Shown piece after piece: positions 8,642-18,783 of a DNA stretch of 64,000 bases (the stretch's first letter is position 1; each line of letters starts with the position of its first letter). The position numbers and the translations under genes are program-made. The notes below the pieces were generated by a model that saw only the letters and a list, made by a program, of their open reading frames with translations, was not told the origin of the DNA and did not search any database. Source of the stretch: Patescibacteria group bacterium (GTDB taxonomy: Bacteria; Patescibacteriota; Doudnabacteria; UBA920); contig WARV01000024.1 of NCBI GenBank assembly GCA_013387205.1, positions 11,283 through 75,282 of the forward strand. The letters are read 5' to 3'.

Positions 8642-9331
8642 TTAGGCTTTGGCTTTTTCAACGCTAGCTGCCTTGCTTTTGACTGATTGATTCTTTTCCC
8701 CAAAAATATCTCCTTTGTAAATCCAGACTTTTATGCCGACAGTGCCGTAAGTGGTAAAGGCAGTGGACCTGGCAAAATCTATATTAGCCCTTAAAGTATG
8801 AAGCGGGATTTTACCGGCTGAAAGATGTTCGGTCCTGGCGATTTCCGCCCCGTTAAGCCTGCCGCCTATGGCTACTTTGGCTCCCTTGGCTCCGGCGTTC
8901 ATTACCTGCTCCAAGGACTGCTTCATCAAGCGGCGGAACGCGACGCGCTTTTCAATCTGTTCGGCAATGCTGTTGGCTACGACTTGGGCCTGCAAGTTAA
9001 TATCGCGGACTTCTTCAATGTTGACTTTCAAATCTTTCTTGATGCCGAGTTTCTGCTTGATCTTTTTCTTGAGTTCTTCAATCCCCGCGCCGCCTTTGCC
9101 TATTATCAATCCAGGCTTGGTGGTTTTAACGATTACGGTAATGGTGCCGTCCCCGGTGCGTTCAATATCAATCCTGACCAGTCCGGCTCTCTTTAAATGG
9201 TCTTCCAAGTACTGCCGTATCTTTACGTCTTCCTGCAAGAGCTTAGTATAGCCGCTCTTGGAAAACCACCTGGATTTCCAGGTATCGGTTATTTTTATTC
9301 TGAACGATGTTGGGTTAATCTTATGGCCCAT
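8642..9331 (-). CDS. rpsC: 30S ribosomal protein S3
   Basis: 229 aa, KH domain. Confidence 0.95.
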   Translation of the reverse strand: MGHKINPTSFRIKITDTWKSRWFSKSGYTKLLQEDVKIRQYLEDHLKRAGLVRIDIERTGDGTITVIVKTTKPGLIIGKGGAGIEELKKKIKQKLGIKKDLKVNIEEVRDINLQAQVVANSIAEQIEKRVAFRRLMKQSLEQVMNAGAKGAKVAIGGRLNGAEIARTEHLSAGKIPLHTLRANIDFARSTAFTTYGTVGIKVWIYKGDIFGEKNQSVKSKAASVEKAKA

Positions 9332-9406
9332 AATATTTTGAACTTATAACTGATAATTTATAACTTATAACTGTTACTAGTTATCAATTAATTGTTATTA
9401 GTTAGT

Positions 9407-9982
9407 TTATACTCCTGCTTTACGGTTAAATAATCTCCTCTTCTGCTGAATTTTATTCATCTTGGTCTGTTCTTCAGTTTTGAAAACCTGGGACTTCTTA
9501 CCTTCCTTGGCCGGAGCTTTTTCTATGCTAGCAGTTTGCGTTTTTTCTCCCTTTACCTGTTCCGTTTCAGCGGATTTTTTGAATATTTCAAACCTGGAAG
9601 CTTTGGCTTTGGAGCGCTTTTTCTCTTCTAAAACTACGTGGATGTGGGACATTCTGCGGTGGATAGTGGAAGCGCTGCCGCGTGCCCTGGGAAAATACCT
9701 CTTCATCACTTTGCCGGCTTCGGCAGTAATGCTTTTGATCTGAAGGCTCTCAGGATCTATGGAAAAATTATGCTTGGCATTGGCGATTGCGGAATTGATA
9801 AGCTTGGTAACCATGCCCGCCGCTTTCTTGTTGGTGTGCTGGAGCTGGATAAGAGCGTCAGTAGCATACATGCCTTTGACCAAATTGGTAACCAGGCGGA
9901 TTTTCCTCGGGGAAATATGGAGATGCCTTGCATGGGCTGTCACCAATTTAGCGATATTTGATTGTTTAGTGTTATCTGCCAT
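9407..9982 (-). CDS. rplV: 50S ribosomal protein L22 with about 70-aa Lys-rich C-terminal extension
   Basis: 191 aa. The L22 core lies in residues 1-120 and is followed by EKKRSKAKASRFEIFKK...KRRLFNRKAGV. Confidence 0.9.
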   Translation of the reverse strand: MADNTKQSNIAKLVTAHARHLHISPRKIRLVTNLVKGMYATDALIQLQHTNKKAAGMVTKLINSAIANAKHNFSIDPESLQIKSITAEAGKVMKRYFPRARGSASTIHRRMSHIHVVLEEKKRSKAKASRFEIFKKSAETEQVKGEKTQTASIEKAPAKEGKKSQVFKTEEQTKMNKIQQKRRLFNRKAGV

Positions 9983-9989
9983 AAATTAA

Positions 9990-10086
9990 TTGAACAAAAT
10001 TTAAAAAATTAAATAAAATTGAACATAATTATAACTGCAGCTTATTTTTGTCTTTTATGTCAATTTTGTCATTTTTGTCATTCCCC
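9990..10086. repeat. Family C spacer element with phased 9-bp TTTTTGTCA/TGTCA direct repeats
   Basis: TAAATTAATTGAACAAAATTTAAA...ATGTCAATTTTGTCATTTTTGTCATTCC. It is about 90% identical to 10425-10528 and its repeats are shared with 38795-38865. Confidence 0.7.
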
Positions 10087-10419
10087 TTACTTCTTCTCCG
10101 GTTCCTTGGCTGCCTGCAGCTTGGCTTTTTCGGCCGCTGCCTTGGCTGCTTCCTGCTCTTTGGCCATCTTACCGCCATGCCTGATGAATTTCCTGGTTAG
10201 GGCGAATTCGCCGAGCTTGTGGCCGACCATATTTTCGGTAACGAATACCGGCATGTGGGCCCTGCCGTTATGGACCAAAAAGGTAAAGCCTACCATCTCA
10301 GGGGCGATTGCGGAATCGCGCGACCAGGTTTTAATCTGGTCTTTTCCCGGACGTCCGGCCAAAACCTTTTTCATTAATTTTGGATCAATAAATGGTCCTT
10401 TTTTTAGCGATCTAGACAT
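10087..10419 (-). CDS. rpsS: 30S ribosomal protein S19 with Ala/Lys-rich C-terminal tail
   Basis: 110 aa. Confidence 0.95.
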   Translation of the reverse strand: MSRSLKKGPFIDPKLMKKVLAGRPGKDQIKTWSRDSAIAPEMVGFTFLVHNGRAHMPVFVTENMVGHKLGEFALTRKFIRHGGKMAKEQEAAKAAAEKAKLQAAKEPEKK

Positions 10420-10424
10420 AAATT

Positions 10425-10528
10425 AATTGAGCAAAATTTAAATAATTAAATAAAATTGAACATAATTGATACTGCAACTCTTGCTTATATTTTTATCATT
10501 TATGTCAATTTTGTCATTTTTGTCAATT
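10425..10528. repeat. Family C spacer element, copy 2
   Basis: See 9990-10086. Confidence 0.7.
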
Positions 10529-11365
10529 CTACTTGCTTCTCCTCTTAACTATCATCCTATTGCTATATTTCTTCTTGGTTCTGGTCTTAACGCCAAGTGC
10601 GTGTCTGCCCCAAGGAGTTTTTGGATATTTCAAACCAATCGGGTTATGGCCTTCTCCACCACCATGAGGGTGATCAACAGGGTTCATCACTTTACCTCTG
10701 ACAGACGGCCTCCAGCCCATTAATCTCTTTCTTCCGGCCTTGCCTATCCGTACGTTCATCCAGTCGGAGTTCGCAACCTGGCCAATAGATGCCAAAGCAG
10801 TTTCCTTGATTTTCCTAATTTCGCCGCTGGGCATTTTAAGCAAAGCATATCCGGCTTCAATGTTCTGCAAAGTGGCGTAGCTTCCGGCGCTTCTGGAAAT
10901 CCTGCCGCCCTGTCCCGGTATCAATTCAATGTCATGGATCAAGGTTCCAACTGGTATCCTGCTTATAGGCAGCCTGTTGCCTGGCTTGATTTCTGCGCTT
11001 TCAGAATAAATAACAGTATCGCCGACTTTCAACCCTTCCGGAGCCAAAACGTATCTCTTAGTCCCGTCTTTGTAAGCGACTAAAGAAATAAATGCGCTGC
11101 GGGTCGGATCGTATTCCAAAGTCTGAACCTTGGCCGGAATATCTTTCTTGTCGATTCTGGAAAAATCAGTGATTCTCAAAACTCTCCTGAATCCCCCGCC
11201 CTGGTGGCGGACGGTAATTTTGCCGCTGTTATTGCGGCCAGCCTGCTTGGTTTTTGCCACGAGCAAATGGCGCGGAGTCTGGACATTCTTCTTTAAAACA
11301 GAATAATCCGTAACACTGTGAATACGCCTTCCTGCAGATGTTGGTTTGTAAATTTTTACGCTCAT
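10529..11365 (-). CDS. rplB: 50S ribosomal protein L2
   Basis: 278 aa. Confidence 0.95.
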   Translation of the reverse strand: MSVKIYKPTSAGRRIHSVTDYSVLKKNVQTPRHLLVAKTKQAGRNNSGKITVRHQGGGFRRVLRITDFSRIDKKDIPAKVQTLEYDPTRSAFISLVAYKDGTKRYVLAPEGLKVGDTVIYSESAEIKPGNRLPISRIPVGTLIHDIELIPGQGGRISRSAGSYATLQNIEAGYALLKMPSGEIRKIKETALASIGQVANSDWMNVRIGKAGRKRLMGWRPSVRGKVMNPVDHPHGGGEGHNPIGLKYPKTPWGRHALGVKTRTKKKYSNRMIVKRRSK

Positions 11366-11378
11366 ATGATTCGCTTTT

Positions 11379-11488
11379 CTACTAAATACTAATTGATACT
11401 AATTGTACTAAATATCATCAAATATACTTAATCGATCTCACTACTGGTATATGCTTTAGTATCTTTCGTATATTTTAGTATTTAGCAG
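11379..11488. mobile_element. MITE-like repeat family B, copy 2
   Basis: CTACTAAATACTAATTGATACTAATTGTACTAAATA...TTAGTATTTAGCAG in the rplB-rplW spacer. Confidence 0.75.
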
Positions 11489-11495
11489 AGATTGA

Positions 11496-11852
11496 TTAAA
11501 TAGTTTCTACCGTTCCTTCTATCTTGTCTCCGTCTTTTAAGGTTACCACGGCTTTCTTAAAACCGCTGGTCTTGCCGCTGACTCTGCCGTAATTCTTGGT
11601 TTTGCCTTTGATGTTTATCATGTTTACCATGACAACTTTGACCTGGTACGCGGTTTCCACTGCTTTCTTTACGGAAATCTTATTGGCAGACTTGGCTACT
11701 TTAAAGACATACTTGTTGCCGGCAACTAATTTTCCGGCTTTCTCGGAAATCCTGGGCTGAACCAAAACGTTTTGAAGCACCTTAGGAAGCTTTCCGGATT
11801 TAGGCTTATCAGCCTGCTTGCTGCCTTCTTCAGTTTTGTTAAAAATTGCCAT
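11496..11852 (-). CDS. rplW: 50S ribosomal protein L23 (N-terminally extended)
   Basis: 118 aa. Confidence 0.9.
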   Translation of the reverse strand: MAIFNKTEEGSKQADKPKSGKLPKVLQNVLVQPRISEKAGKLVAGNKYVFKVAKSANKISVKKAVETAYQVKVVMVNMINIKGKTKNYGRVSGKTSGFKKAVVTLKDGDKIEGTVETI

Positions 11853-11878
11853 ACTGTTTAAACCCTAAAAATTAAATG

Positions 11879-12520
11879 TTACTTTAAATAAGTTTTTTCT
11901 ATGACTTTCAAGCTGTCCTGCAACACTACAACTGAATCAGCCTTGAGCACTTCAACTACATTCAAGCTATTTGCCAGCTTCGGGGTAATTCCGGGAATGT
12001 TCCTGGAAGCCCTCTGCAGATTTTCGTCCTTTTTCGGCATCAAAAACATCTGTTTTTTGCCAATCTCTTTGACGGCTTTTTTCAAACCGGAAAGGATTTT
12101 GACGAACTCTTTAGTCTTAGGCTGGTCCAAAACCATTTCATTGATGACAATAAACTTGCCACTCTTGGCTTTGTCGGAAAGGGACATAAACAGCGCTTTG
12201 GTCTTAGCTTTCTTGTTAAGCTTTAATTCCCAGTTCTGGTTTGCTCTCGGACCGAAAGTGATACCGCCATGCCTCCAAATCGGGCTGCGGATAGATCCGG
12301 CTCTGGCGCGGCCAGTGCCTTTTTGCTTCCACGGCTTCTTGCCGCCGCCGCTGACTTCGCCGCGGGTCTTGGTGTGGGATGTTCCCTGGCGGGAGTTTAA
12401 CCTGGAAATCCTGACAGCTTCGGCCAGCAAATGCATCTGCGGTTTGACGTCAAAAATCTTGGAGTTCAATTCAATCTCGCCGACCACTTCTGCTTTTTGG
12501 TTATAGACATTTACTTTCAT
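11879..12520 (-). CDS. rplD: 50S ribosomal protein L4
   Basis: 213 aa. Confidence 0.95.
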   Translation of the reverse strand: MKVNVYNQKAEVVGEIELNSKIFDVKPQMHLLAEAVRISRLNSRQGTSHTKTRGEVSGGGKKPWKQKGTGRARAGSIRSPIWRHGGITFGPRANQNWELKLNKKAKTKALFMSLSDKAKSGKFIVINEMVLDQPKTKEFVKILSGLKKAVKEIGKKQMFLMPKKDENLQRASRNIPGITPKLANSLNVVEVLKADSVVVLQDSLKVIEKTYLK

Positions 12521-12537
12521 AAAAAAATATTGGTTAT

Positions 12538-12625
12538 ATAATCCTAATGCCCCGAATTCTTATCCGAATGCCCCAAACGGTTCCCTTTTCGGGTCATTTG
12601 GATGAATTCGTAGATTCGGATTATG
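12538..12625. mobile_element. MITE-like repeat family A, copy 3 (inside the S10 operon, rplC-rplD spacer)
   Basis: ATAATCCTAATGCCCCGAATTCTTATCCGAATGCCCCAAACGG...CGGGTCATTTGGATGAATTCGTAGATTCGGATTATG. Confidence 0.8.
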
Positions 12626-13324
12626 CTATTTTTTCTTCTTCTCTTCCTTTACTTCTGTTAATTTGACCAAAGGTTTTACTTTTCCGGTAGAGACAACCTT
12701 AATGGTGGCGTTGCGGTGTCCGGGAACTGCACCTTTAACTGTTATTAAATTCCTTGCTGGATCAACTTCCACAACCTGGAGATTCTTAACCGTAACTTGC
12801 TGGTTGCCCATATGGCCGGCCATTCTCAAGCCTTTGCGGACATGCTGCGGGAAACGCTGACCGATGGAACCGACGCTCCTGGGCTTGTTATGCCCGTGGC
12901 TGGCCGGGAAACCGGCGAAACCGTGGCGCTTAATGGCTCCGGCAAAACCGCGTCCTTTGCTTACTCCGATAACATCTACAACTTCGCCTATTTGGAAACC
13001 TGATAAATCTAATTTCTGGCCCTTTTGATAAGCACTGCTGTCATCAACCCTGAATTCAGCCAAAGCGGCAAAAGACCCTAATTCTTTCAAGTGTCCTTTT
13101 ATGGACTTGTTGGCTTTGACTTTTTTGCCCACGCCGACCTGTACTGCAGAATACTTGTCTTTGCCATCCTTGGCTTTAACCTGGGTGACAATCATTGACG
13201 AGCCCTTAATGACCGTAACTGGGATAACTGTCCCGCTTTGGTCGAAGTACTGGCTCATATTCAGTTTCTTTCCGATAAGAAAATTCATATTTTCCGTTAC
13301 TGTTTCCATTGCTCCGTTTAACAT
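12626..13324 (-). CDS. rplC: 50S ribosomal protein L3
   Basis: 232 aa. Alternative in-frame starts at 13309 and 13288 are possible. Confidence 0.9.
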   Translation of the reverse strand: MLNGAMETVTENMNFLIGKKLNMSQYFDQSGTVIPVTVIKGSSMIVTQVKAKDGKDKYSAVQVGVGKKVKANKSIKGHLKELGSFAALAEFRVDDSSAYQKGQKLDLSGFQIGEVVDVIGVSKGRGFAGAIKRHGFAGFPASHGHNKPRSVGSIGQRFPQHVRKGLRMAGHMGNQQVTVKNLQVVEVDPARNLITVKGAVPGHRNATIKVVSTGKVKPLVKLTEVKEEKKKK

Positions 13325-13384
13325 CTAAAGATATTAACCGTAGATAGGATTACTTAAATAATTAAATACTTTTAGCGTCTCTAT

Positions 13385-13409
13385 CCGCCTTCGCATAAAG
13401 CTTCGGCGG
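13385..13409. repeat. Repeat family K hairpin (CCGCC-TTCGCATAAAGCTTC-GGCGG)
   Basis: Paralogs at 18133-18155, 19236-19270 (rc), 19745-19775, 54866-54885 (rc) and 54941-54965 (rc). Confidence 0.6.
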
Positions 13410-13439
13410 ATTGTTCACTATGTATAAATTAATGTGAAC

Positions 13440-13465
13440 AAAAAAAACGGGTCTGATTTACCCGT
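13440..13465 (-). terminator. Terminator-like hairpin plus U8 tract between rpsJ and rplC
   Basis: The minus strand reads ACGGGTAAATCAGACCCGT followed by TTTTTTTT. Confidence 0.55.
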
Positions 13466-13577
13466 AATAAACTTAAATGGAAAACCATTTAAACTTTTAG
13501 GTAAATCGTTCTCTGGAATCTTGAGCTCTTGAAAGCTTTGGGATAACAGAACTAATCTACAGACATTTTAAGTTTTA

Positions 13578-13904
13578 CTAGCTCATCTTAATTTCCACAT
13601 CCACGCCGGCTGGAAGGTTCAGGTTGGTCAAAGCATCAATAGTCTTAGGAGTTGCTTCTAAAATATCAATTAATCTCTTGTGGACCCTCATTTCAAACTG
13701 TTCGCGGCTGTCTTTGTGCACGAAAGTAGAACGCAACACGGTATATTTGGTGTGTTCTGTAGGCAGCGGGATTGGTCCGGAGATTGTTGCGCCAGTCCTT
13801 TTGGCAGTTTCAACAATCTGCTTAGAGCTCTGGTCAATCAACTTATGATCGTATGCTCTAATCTTGATGCGTATTCTTGGCGGCTTATTTGCGTCCTTGT
13901 CCAT
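13578..13904 (-). CDS. rpsJ: 30S ribosomal protein S10
   Basis: 108 aa. Confidence 0.95.
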   Translation of the reverse strand: MDKDANKPPRIRIKIRAYDHKLIDQSSKQIVETAKRTGATISGPIPLPTEHTKYTVLRSTFVHKDSREQFEMRVHKRLIDILEATPKTIDALTNLNLPAGVDVEIKMS

Positions 13905-14117
13905 TTAGTTGTTGAAGGAATGAAGGTTAAGAATAAGTTATCCACCGTTTTTTCGGTGAAAATTGAATTACTTAAAATTTAAATCAAGTAGTTTAAATTT
14001 GAAATAATCCAAAAATAGGCTGTTTTTATATTCATTTAGCCACTTGGCATATATTACACTAGTGCAGTAATTTTGTCAAATCTTTAAGAAAAAGATTTTG
14101 CAATAAATTCCGCTCTA

Positions 14118-14146
14118 TTGACAAATAACTCAATGTGTGCTATAAT
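14118..14146 (+). promoter_or_regulatory. Consensus sigma-70-type promoter (TTGACA - 17 bp - TATAAT, with TGn)
   Basis: TTGACA at 14118-14123, a 17-nt spacer ending in TGC, and TATAAT at 14141-14146. Confidence 0.5.
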
Positions 14147-14328
14147 ATTTTATCAAAAATAATTTTGAAAATTAAAAGCCCCCTTATTTTAGAGCTTTTT
14201 AACACTAACAATATCAAACATATTAATGACCTATTCTTTATTAGTTTTATCCATCACTAATTCAATAAATTACATCATCACTGCAATTAATACTGCTGGC
14301 AGGTAAAACTCGCAATAAAAAAGCGTCT

Positions 14329-14364
14329 TAAGAGCTATCTGGAAAGATAGCTCTTTTAATTTTT
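14329..14364 (+). terminator. Hairpin plus T-tract (terminator/attenuator-like) in the leader upstream of the 98-aa ORF
   Basis: AAGAGCTATC-tggaaa-GATAGCTCTT followed by TTAATTTTTT. Confidence 0.5.
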
Positions 14365-14464
14365 TAAGGAGGATTCTCTTAGGGAAGTTTGCGCAGATTT
14401 TTTGATACGCAGACTCCCCTAAGAGAACTTGTTTTAACCTTAGGCGGAATGGGAGAACCCAAGC

Positions 14465-14761
14465 ATGAAGATTAATGTAATGATTCTGGAAGCTGCGCTG
14501 GCAGGCCTTGAAAAAAGAAAACGCAAAGTCGAGGAGCAGATTACTGAAGTAGAAAATCTCCTTCTCGCAAATCCTCCGAAAAAGCCGATGTCTATTGCAA
14601 CCCATGCCAGGGCCGGCAAGCGCCATATAAACGCTGAAAGCCGCGAACGAATCGCAGAGGGACAAAAAAAACGCTGGAACAAATGGCGCAAACAGCAGAA
14701 GAAGGCCAAAAGAGCGCCAACCTTGCAGACTAAAACTTCTGCGGACAGAAAAAACAGGTAA
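14465..14761 (+). CDS. Hypothetical highly basic small protein (K/R-rich C-terminus)
   Basis: 98 aa. GGGAGA SD 8 nt upstream. The overlapping minus-strand ORFs have implausible composition. Confidence 0.5.
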   Translation: MKINVMILEAALAGLEKRKRKVEEQITEVENLLLANPPKKPMSIATHARAGKRHINAESRERIAEGQKKRWNKWRKQQKKAKRAPTLQTKTSADRKNR

Positions 14762-14941
14762 GATGCAGGCGGCATACCGCCAAAAGTTCACAAGACGGCG
14801 CAAAGCTTTGCGCCGTCTTTCATTTTGCCCATTAATATTATTATTTCGATATTATTCTAAGTCCTGGTGATCCTTAAAATACTATACAGTATTGTGGTTT
14901 TGCCGAAATTTGATGCCGCAACAAAACTCTGACATTACTTC

Positions 14942-14975
14942 ACTGCTTCGAAGCAGTGAAGTAATGTCAAGAAAA
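14942..14975. repeat. Hairpin repeat family L (CATTACTTCACTGCTTCGAAGCAGTGAAGTAATG)
   Basis: Perfect palindrome. Paralogs at 25039-25072 and 25574-25602. Confidence 0.65.
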
Positions 14976-14980
14976 TTAAA

Positions 14981-15009
14981 ACCCCTCCCGGAAGGGAGGG
15001 GTTTTTCTA
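14981..15009 (-). terminator. Bidirectional rho-independent terminator downstream of tuf
   Basis: AAAACCCCTCCC-ggaa-GGGAGGGGTTTTT. Confidence 0.8.
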
Positions 15010-15035
15010 AACGCTAAGCGCTGTACGCTAAACGC

Positions 15036-16226
<1,191 letters not shown>

Positions 16227-16476
16227 GAGAAGTGTTTCCTTTCTTTCGTCCCGAGAAACCCTAAGCCTTGCGTCTATCGATTTGGCGCAAGGCCAAGGGT
16301 TTTTCTCTTTTTTTCCTAACCTGCCATGTCCCAAATCCGCCAACTGGCGGATAGGACGGTCGGATCGGAATCCAGGGACGATTATGCCACTTTTAGGTGG
16401 CAATATTAATTGTTATACGCATGTTAAATTTTAAAGAATTTTTCCCATCCTGTCAAACACCATAAAATAACAAAAC

Positions 16477-16515
16477 GATGGGAATCTTCTGGGGCAGCCC
16501 CAGAAGATTCCCATC
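16477..16515. repeat. Palindromic hairpin (GATGGGAATCTTCTGGGGC/GCCCCAGAAGATTCCCATC)
   Basis: 19-bp perfect stem with the same GATGGGAATCTT core as 31-68. It lies just downstream of the lipoprotein gene stop. Confidence 0.6.
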
Positions 16516-16526
16516 AAGGAAACTCA

Positions 16527-17636
16527 TTATTGTCCTGACGGCTTTATTAATTCCGTTGATACGTTTAAAGACTTTACAATGTCGGTTAAATTAGACTCAG
16601 GAGTTTTTTGCCAAACAACCACATAATTTCCCCCGGTTTGCGGCGAGAAAATAATCCACTGCTCGCTTCCCTTGGCAAAACTTTGCATGTCTTTCGCATT
16701 CTGGATTTCAATTTTATTTTCAGCCTTTTTGCAATCGGGACAAGGCTTAACGGCATTCCAATATTCCAAAGCACTGGAAGCCCCAATGGCATCGTTGCTG
16801 TAAAACCCGATCTTCAACAAATTATTTTTGCTTTTGTCGCTCAGGATTAAATAATTATTTTGTTTAGTGATTATATATTTGTCTTTTGGATAATTTAGGC
16901 TGTAATGGAACCGGGTTACATATCCTTCGTAATTGGCGTCATGCGTCCCGGAGTAATTCGCCTGCTTTGAATCAGAGATGAACTTAAACGTGCCGAGTAC
17001 CTGATCCAGCCTGTTCCAAACTTCCGTCTGGTTAAATTCTTTAATCGTTCCTTTAGGGTAATTGTCGATGTTGGTATTAGCAACGCGCTGCATTATTTCG
17101 TAGCAGGTGTTATTATGGAAACTCCTGTAAACTTTAACACTGTCAAAATGCCCTAAGGCTGCACCACCGCCAGTGGCCGAATGGAAATCAGTATTATTGA
17201 TTTTTACAATGCCGGCGTCTTTTTGAGCTTCGTTGGTTGAAACGTTAAAGTTATAGCACTGGCTTTGGGTATTTAAATCTTTCAAGATATTTACCGAAAC
17301 TCCGGCGCTGTCAAAATTCGTGCCTGAATATTTATCCTTGGTTAAATACGCACATGCAGCCGTTGTGTCATCACAAGCCGGAATATAAGAAAGCGGGCGG
17401 ATTTTGCTTATATCCGTGTTAAACCCAAAATCATTTGGGTACTGGATAGAAAACCCATACTTAGCAGGACTGGTATAAGTGTTCCAGCCATTCTTGTTGC
17501 CTTGGGGAAGATTTTGGGAATTATCACTGGTTAATGTGGATTGATTAGTCTGTTTTGGCTCGTTTTTTTGCGCCTGCTGATTACATGAAGCAGCAAGCAG
17601 TACTATCGCTGAAACCAAAAATAGATATTTCTTCAT
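16527..17636 (-). CDS. Hypothetical secreted protein / putative lipoprotein
   Basis: 369 aa. N-terminal signal peptide MKKYLFLVSAIVLLAASC with a lipobox-like AASC, then an N/Q/S/T-rich mature region. Confidence 0.5.
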   Translation of the reverse strand: MKKYLFLVSAIVLLAASCNQQAQKNEPKQTNQSTLTSDNSQNLPQGNKNGWNTYTSPAKYGFSIQYPNDFGFNTDISKIRPLSYIPACDDTTAACAYLTKDKYSGTNFDSAGVSVNILKDLNTQSQCYNFNVSTNEAQKDAGIVKINNTDFHSATGGGAALGHFDSVKVYRSFHNNTCYEIMQRVANTNIDNYPKGTIKEFNQTEVWNRLDQVLGTFKFISDSKQANYSGTHDANYEGYVTRFHYSLNYPKDKYIITKQNNYLILSDKSKNNLLKIGFYSNDAIGASSALEYWNAVKPCPDCKKAENKIEIQNAKDMQSFAKGSEQWIIFSPQTGGNYVVVWQKTPESNLTDIVKSLNVSTELIKPSGQ

Positions 17637-17669
17637 AAAATCGCCGATCTAATTATTTGAGCTATCCTG

Positions 17670-17743
17670 GACCCCGGATCAAGCCCGGGGTGGAAACCAA
17701 GGGTACCATCCCGGAATTTTTCAGGGCTGTGAAAAATATCCGG
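17670..17743. repeat. 74-bp direct repeat, left copy, flanking a GIY-YIG gene
   Basis: CAAGCCCGGGGTGGAAACCAAGGGTACCATCCCGGAATTTTTCAGGGCTGTGAAAAATATCCGGGATCCAGTAC, about 80% identical to 18161-18234. Confidence 0.7.
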
Positions 17744-17792
17744 GATCCAGTACTTATGCTTTAATCCTGAATCAAGTTCAGGACAGGCTCTA

Positions 17793-18086
17793 TTAAATAA
17801 TTTTATTATATAAATCTTCCCAATTAGGATTTATCTTCTCAATTAATTCCAATTTCCATTTTCGATACCATCTTTTTAACTGTTTTTCCCGCTTTATGGC
17901 TTCTTCCCTGTCTTCAAAGACTTCATAATAAACCAATCGATGAACCTGGTATTCTTGAGTAAATCCTTTGACAATGTTGTTTTTATGGGTAAAAACCCTG
18001 TTTACAAGATTATTTGTAAAACCGGTATACAAAGTCCCATTCCTATGACTGGCCAGCATATAAACATAATACACTTTATTATCCAT
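17793..18086 (-). CDS. GIY-YIG nuclease family small protein
   Basis: MDNKVYYVYMLASHRNGTLYTGFTNNLVNRVFTHKNN.. The upstream in-frame extension of the ORF runs into the repeat and is probably not translated. Confidence 0.8.
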   Translation of the reverse strand: MDNKVYYVYMLASHRNGTLYTGFTNNLVNRVFTHKNNIVKGFTQEYQVHRLVYYEVFEDREEAIKREKQLKRWYRKWKLELIEKINPNWEDLYNKII

Positions 18087-18120
18087 TGTTTTTGTATTTG
18101 TTTCTGGCTTTTTCCTGGAC

Positions 18121-18300
18121 CTCGGGTCCCATCCTTCGCATAAAGCTACGGCGGGCACAGCAAGCCCGGGGTGGAAACCGAGGACACCATCCAGGAATTT
18201 CGAGTGTATCGGAGAAATATCCGGGATCCAGTACATATTCGCATTGTATAATTCAGCCACGAAGTGGCCCCTTCGAGGCGTACTTATCGGCGACGTTTCT
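18121..18300. repeat. Composite repeat block (family K hairpin, right 74-bp direct repeat at 18161-18234, family G module)
   Basis: CCTTCGCATAAAGCTACGGCGG, then the CAAGCCCGGGGTGGAAACC..CCGGGATCCAGTAC repeat, then CAGCCACGAAGTGGCCCCTTCGAGGCG. Confidence 0.7.
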
Positions 18301-18305
18301 GCGGT

Positions 18306-18701
18306 CTAGAAATCTTCAAACTCCACTTTCGGGCCTTCGAAGTTGAAACTAGTGTCTATAACTTCTTCTTTAACAATTACTTCTTCGCGCAGGTCCTGAA
18401 AGCGTGAAGGAAAAACCTGGCGGGTAGATTGCACTTGAGGCGCAACTGTTTTCCTAAATGGAGTTTCCACTACAGGTTCAATAGTATCTTTTTCCGTCAA
18501 TTGCGCTTTAATAATTTCTTTGTTGATTTTTTCAATATCTTCCGCCTGCTGGACAACCTTCTGCTGCAATTTGCCGAGCAGTAATTTTTGATATTCGTTA
18601 ATAGGCAATATCACCAGCTTAGCATCCCCTGCCTCATCCATAACAAAAAACTTCCCTCCGTCAGCCTTTGCCAGATTGATTAAATCTTGTAATTTTGACA
18701 T
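18306..18701 (-). CDS. Hypothetical protein with Phd/YefM-antitoxin-like N-terminal domain
   Basis: 131 aa. N-terminus LINLAKADGGKFFVMDEAGDAKLVILPINEYQKLL resembles the YefM/Phd fold. It has an acidic C-terminal extension. Confidence 0.45.
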   Translation of the reverse strand: MSKLQDLINLAKADGGKFFVMDEAGDAKLVILPINEYQKLLLGKLQQKVVQQAEDIEKINKEIIKAQLTEKDTIEPVVETPFRKTVAPQVQSTRQVFPSRFQDLREEVIVKEEVIDTSFNFEGPKVEFEDF

Positions 18702-18707
18702 ATTATT

Positions 18708-18783
18708 TTTCCACTAATTCACGAATTTACACAAATCACACTAAATACCAGTTTAGTGATATTAGTGAATTCGTGGATAAGTA
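18708..18783. mobile_element. MITE-like repeat family I, copy 1 (CACTAATTCACGAATT ... AATTCGTG)
   Basis: About 85% identical to 23413-23493. Both copies abut a start codon (the YefM-like ORF here, rpsL there). Confidence 0.7.

Noticed and set aside
14270-14803. 177-aa and 111-aa minus-strand ORFs in the rpsJ-tuf spacer
   Set aside because: Their composition is implausible (Cys/Phe/Leu-rich, no domain resemblance). They overlap a plus-strand ORF that has a good SD, so I called the plus-strand 98-aa protein instead, at low confidence.
16290-16420. Possible tRNA or leader RNA upstream of tuf (CCGCCAACTGGCGG and GCCACTTTTAGGTGGC hairpins)
   Set aside because: Only isolated hairpins are present, with no tRNA-like T-arm or acceptor pairing. 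It is probably a 5' UTR structure, which is insufficient for a call.
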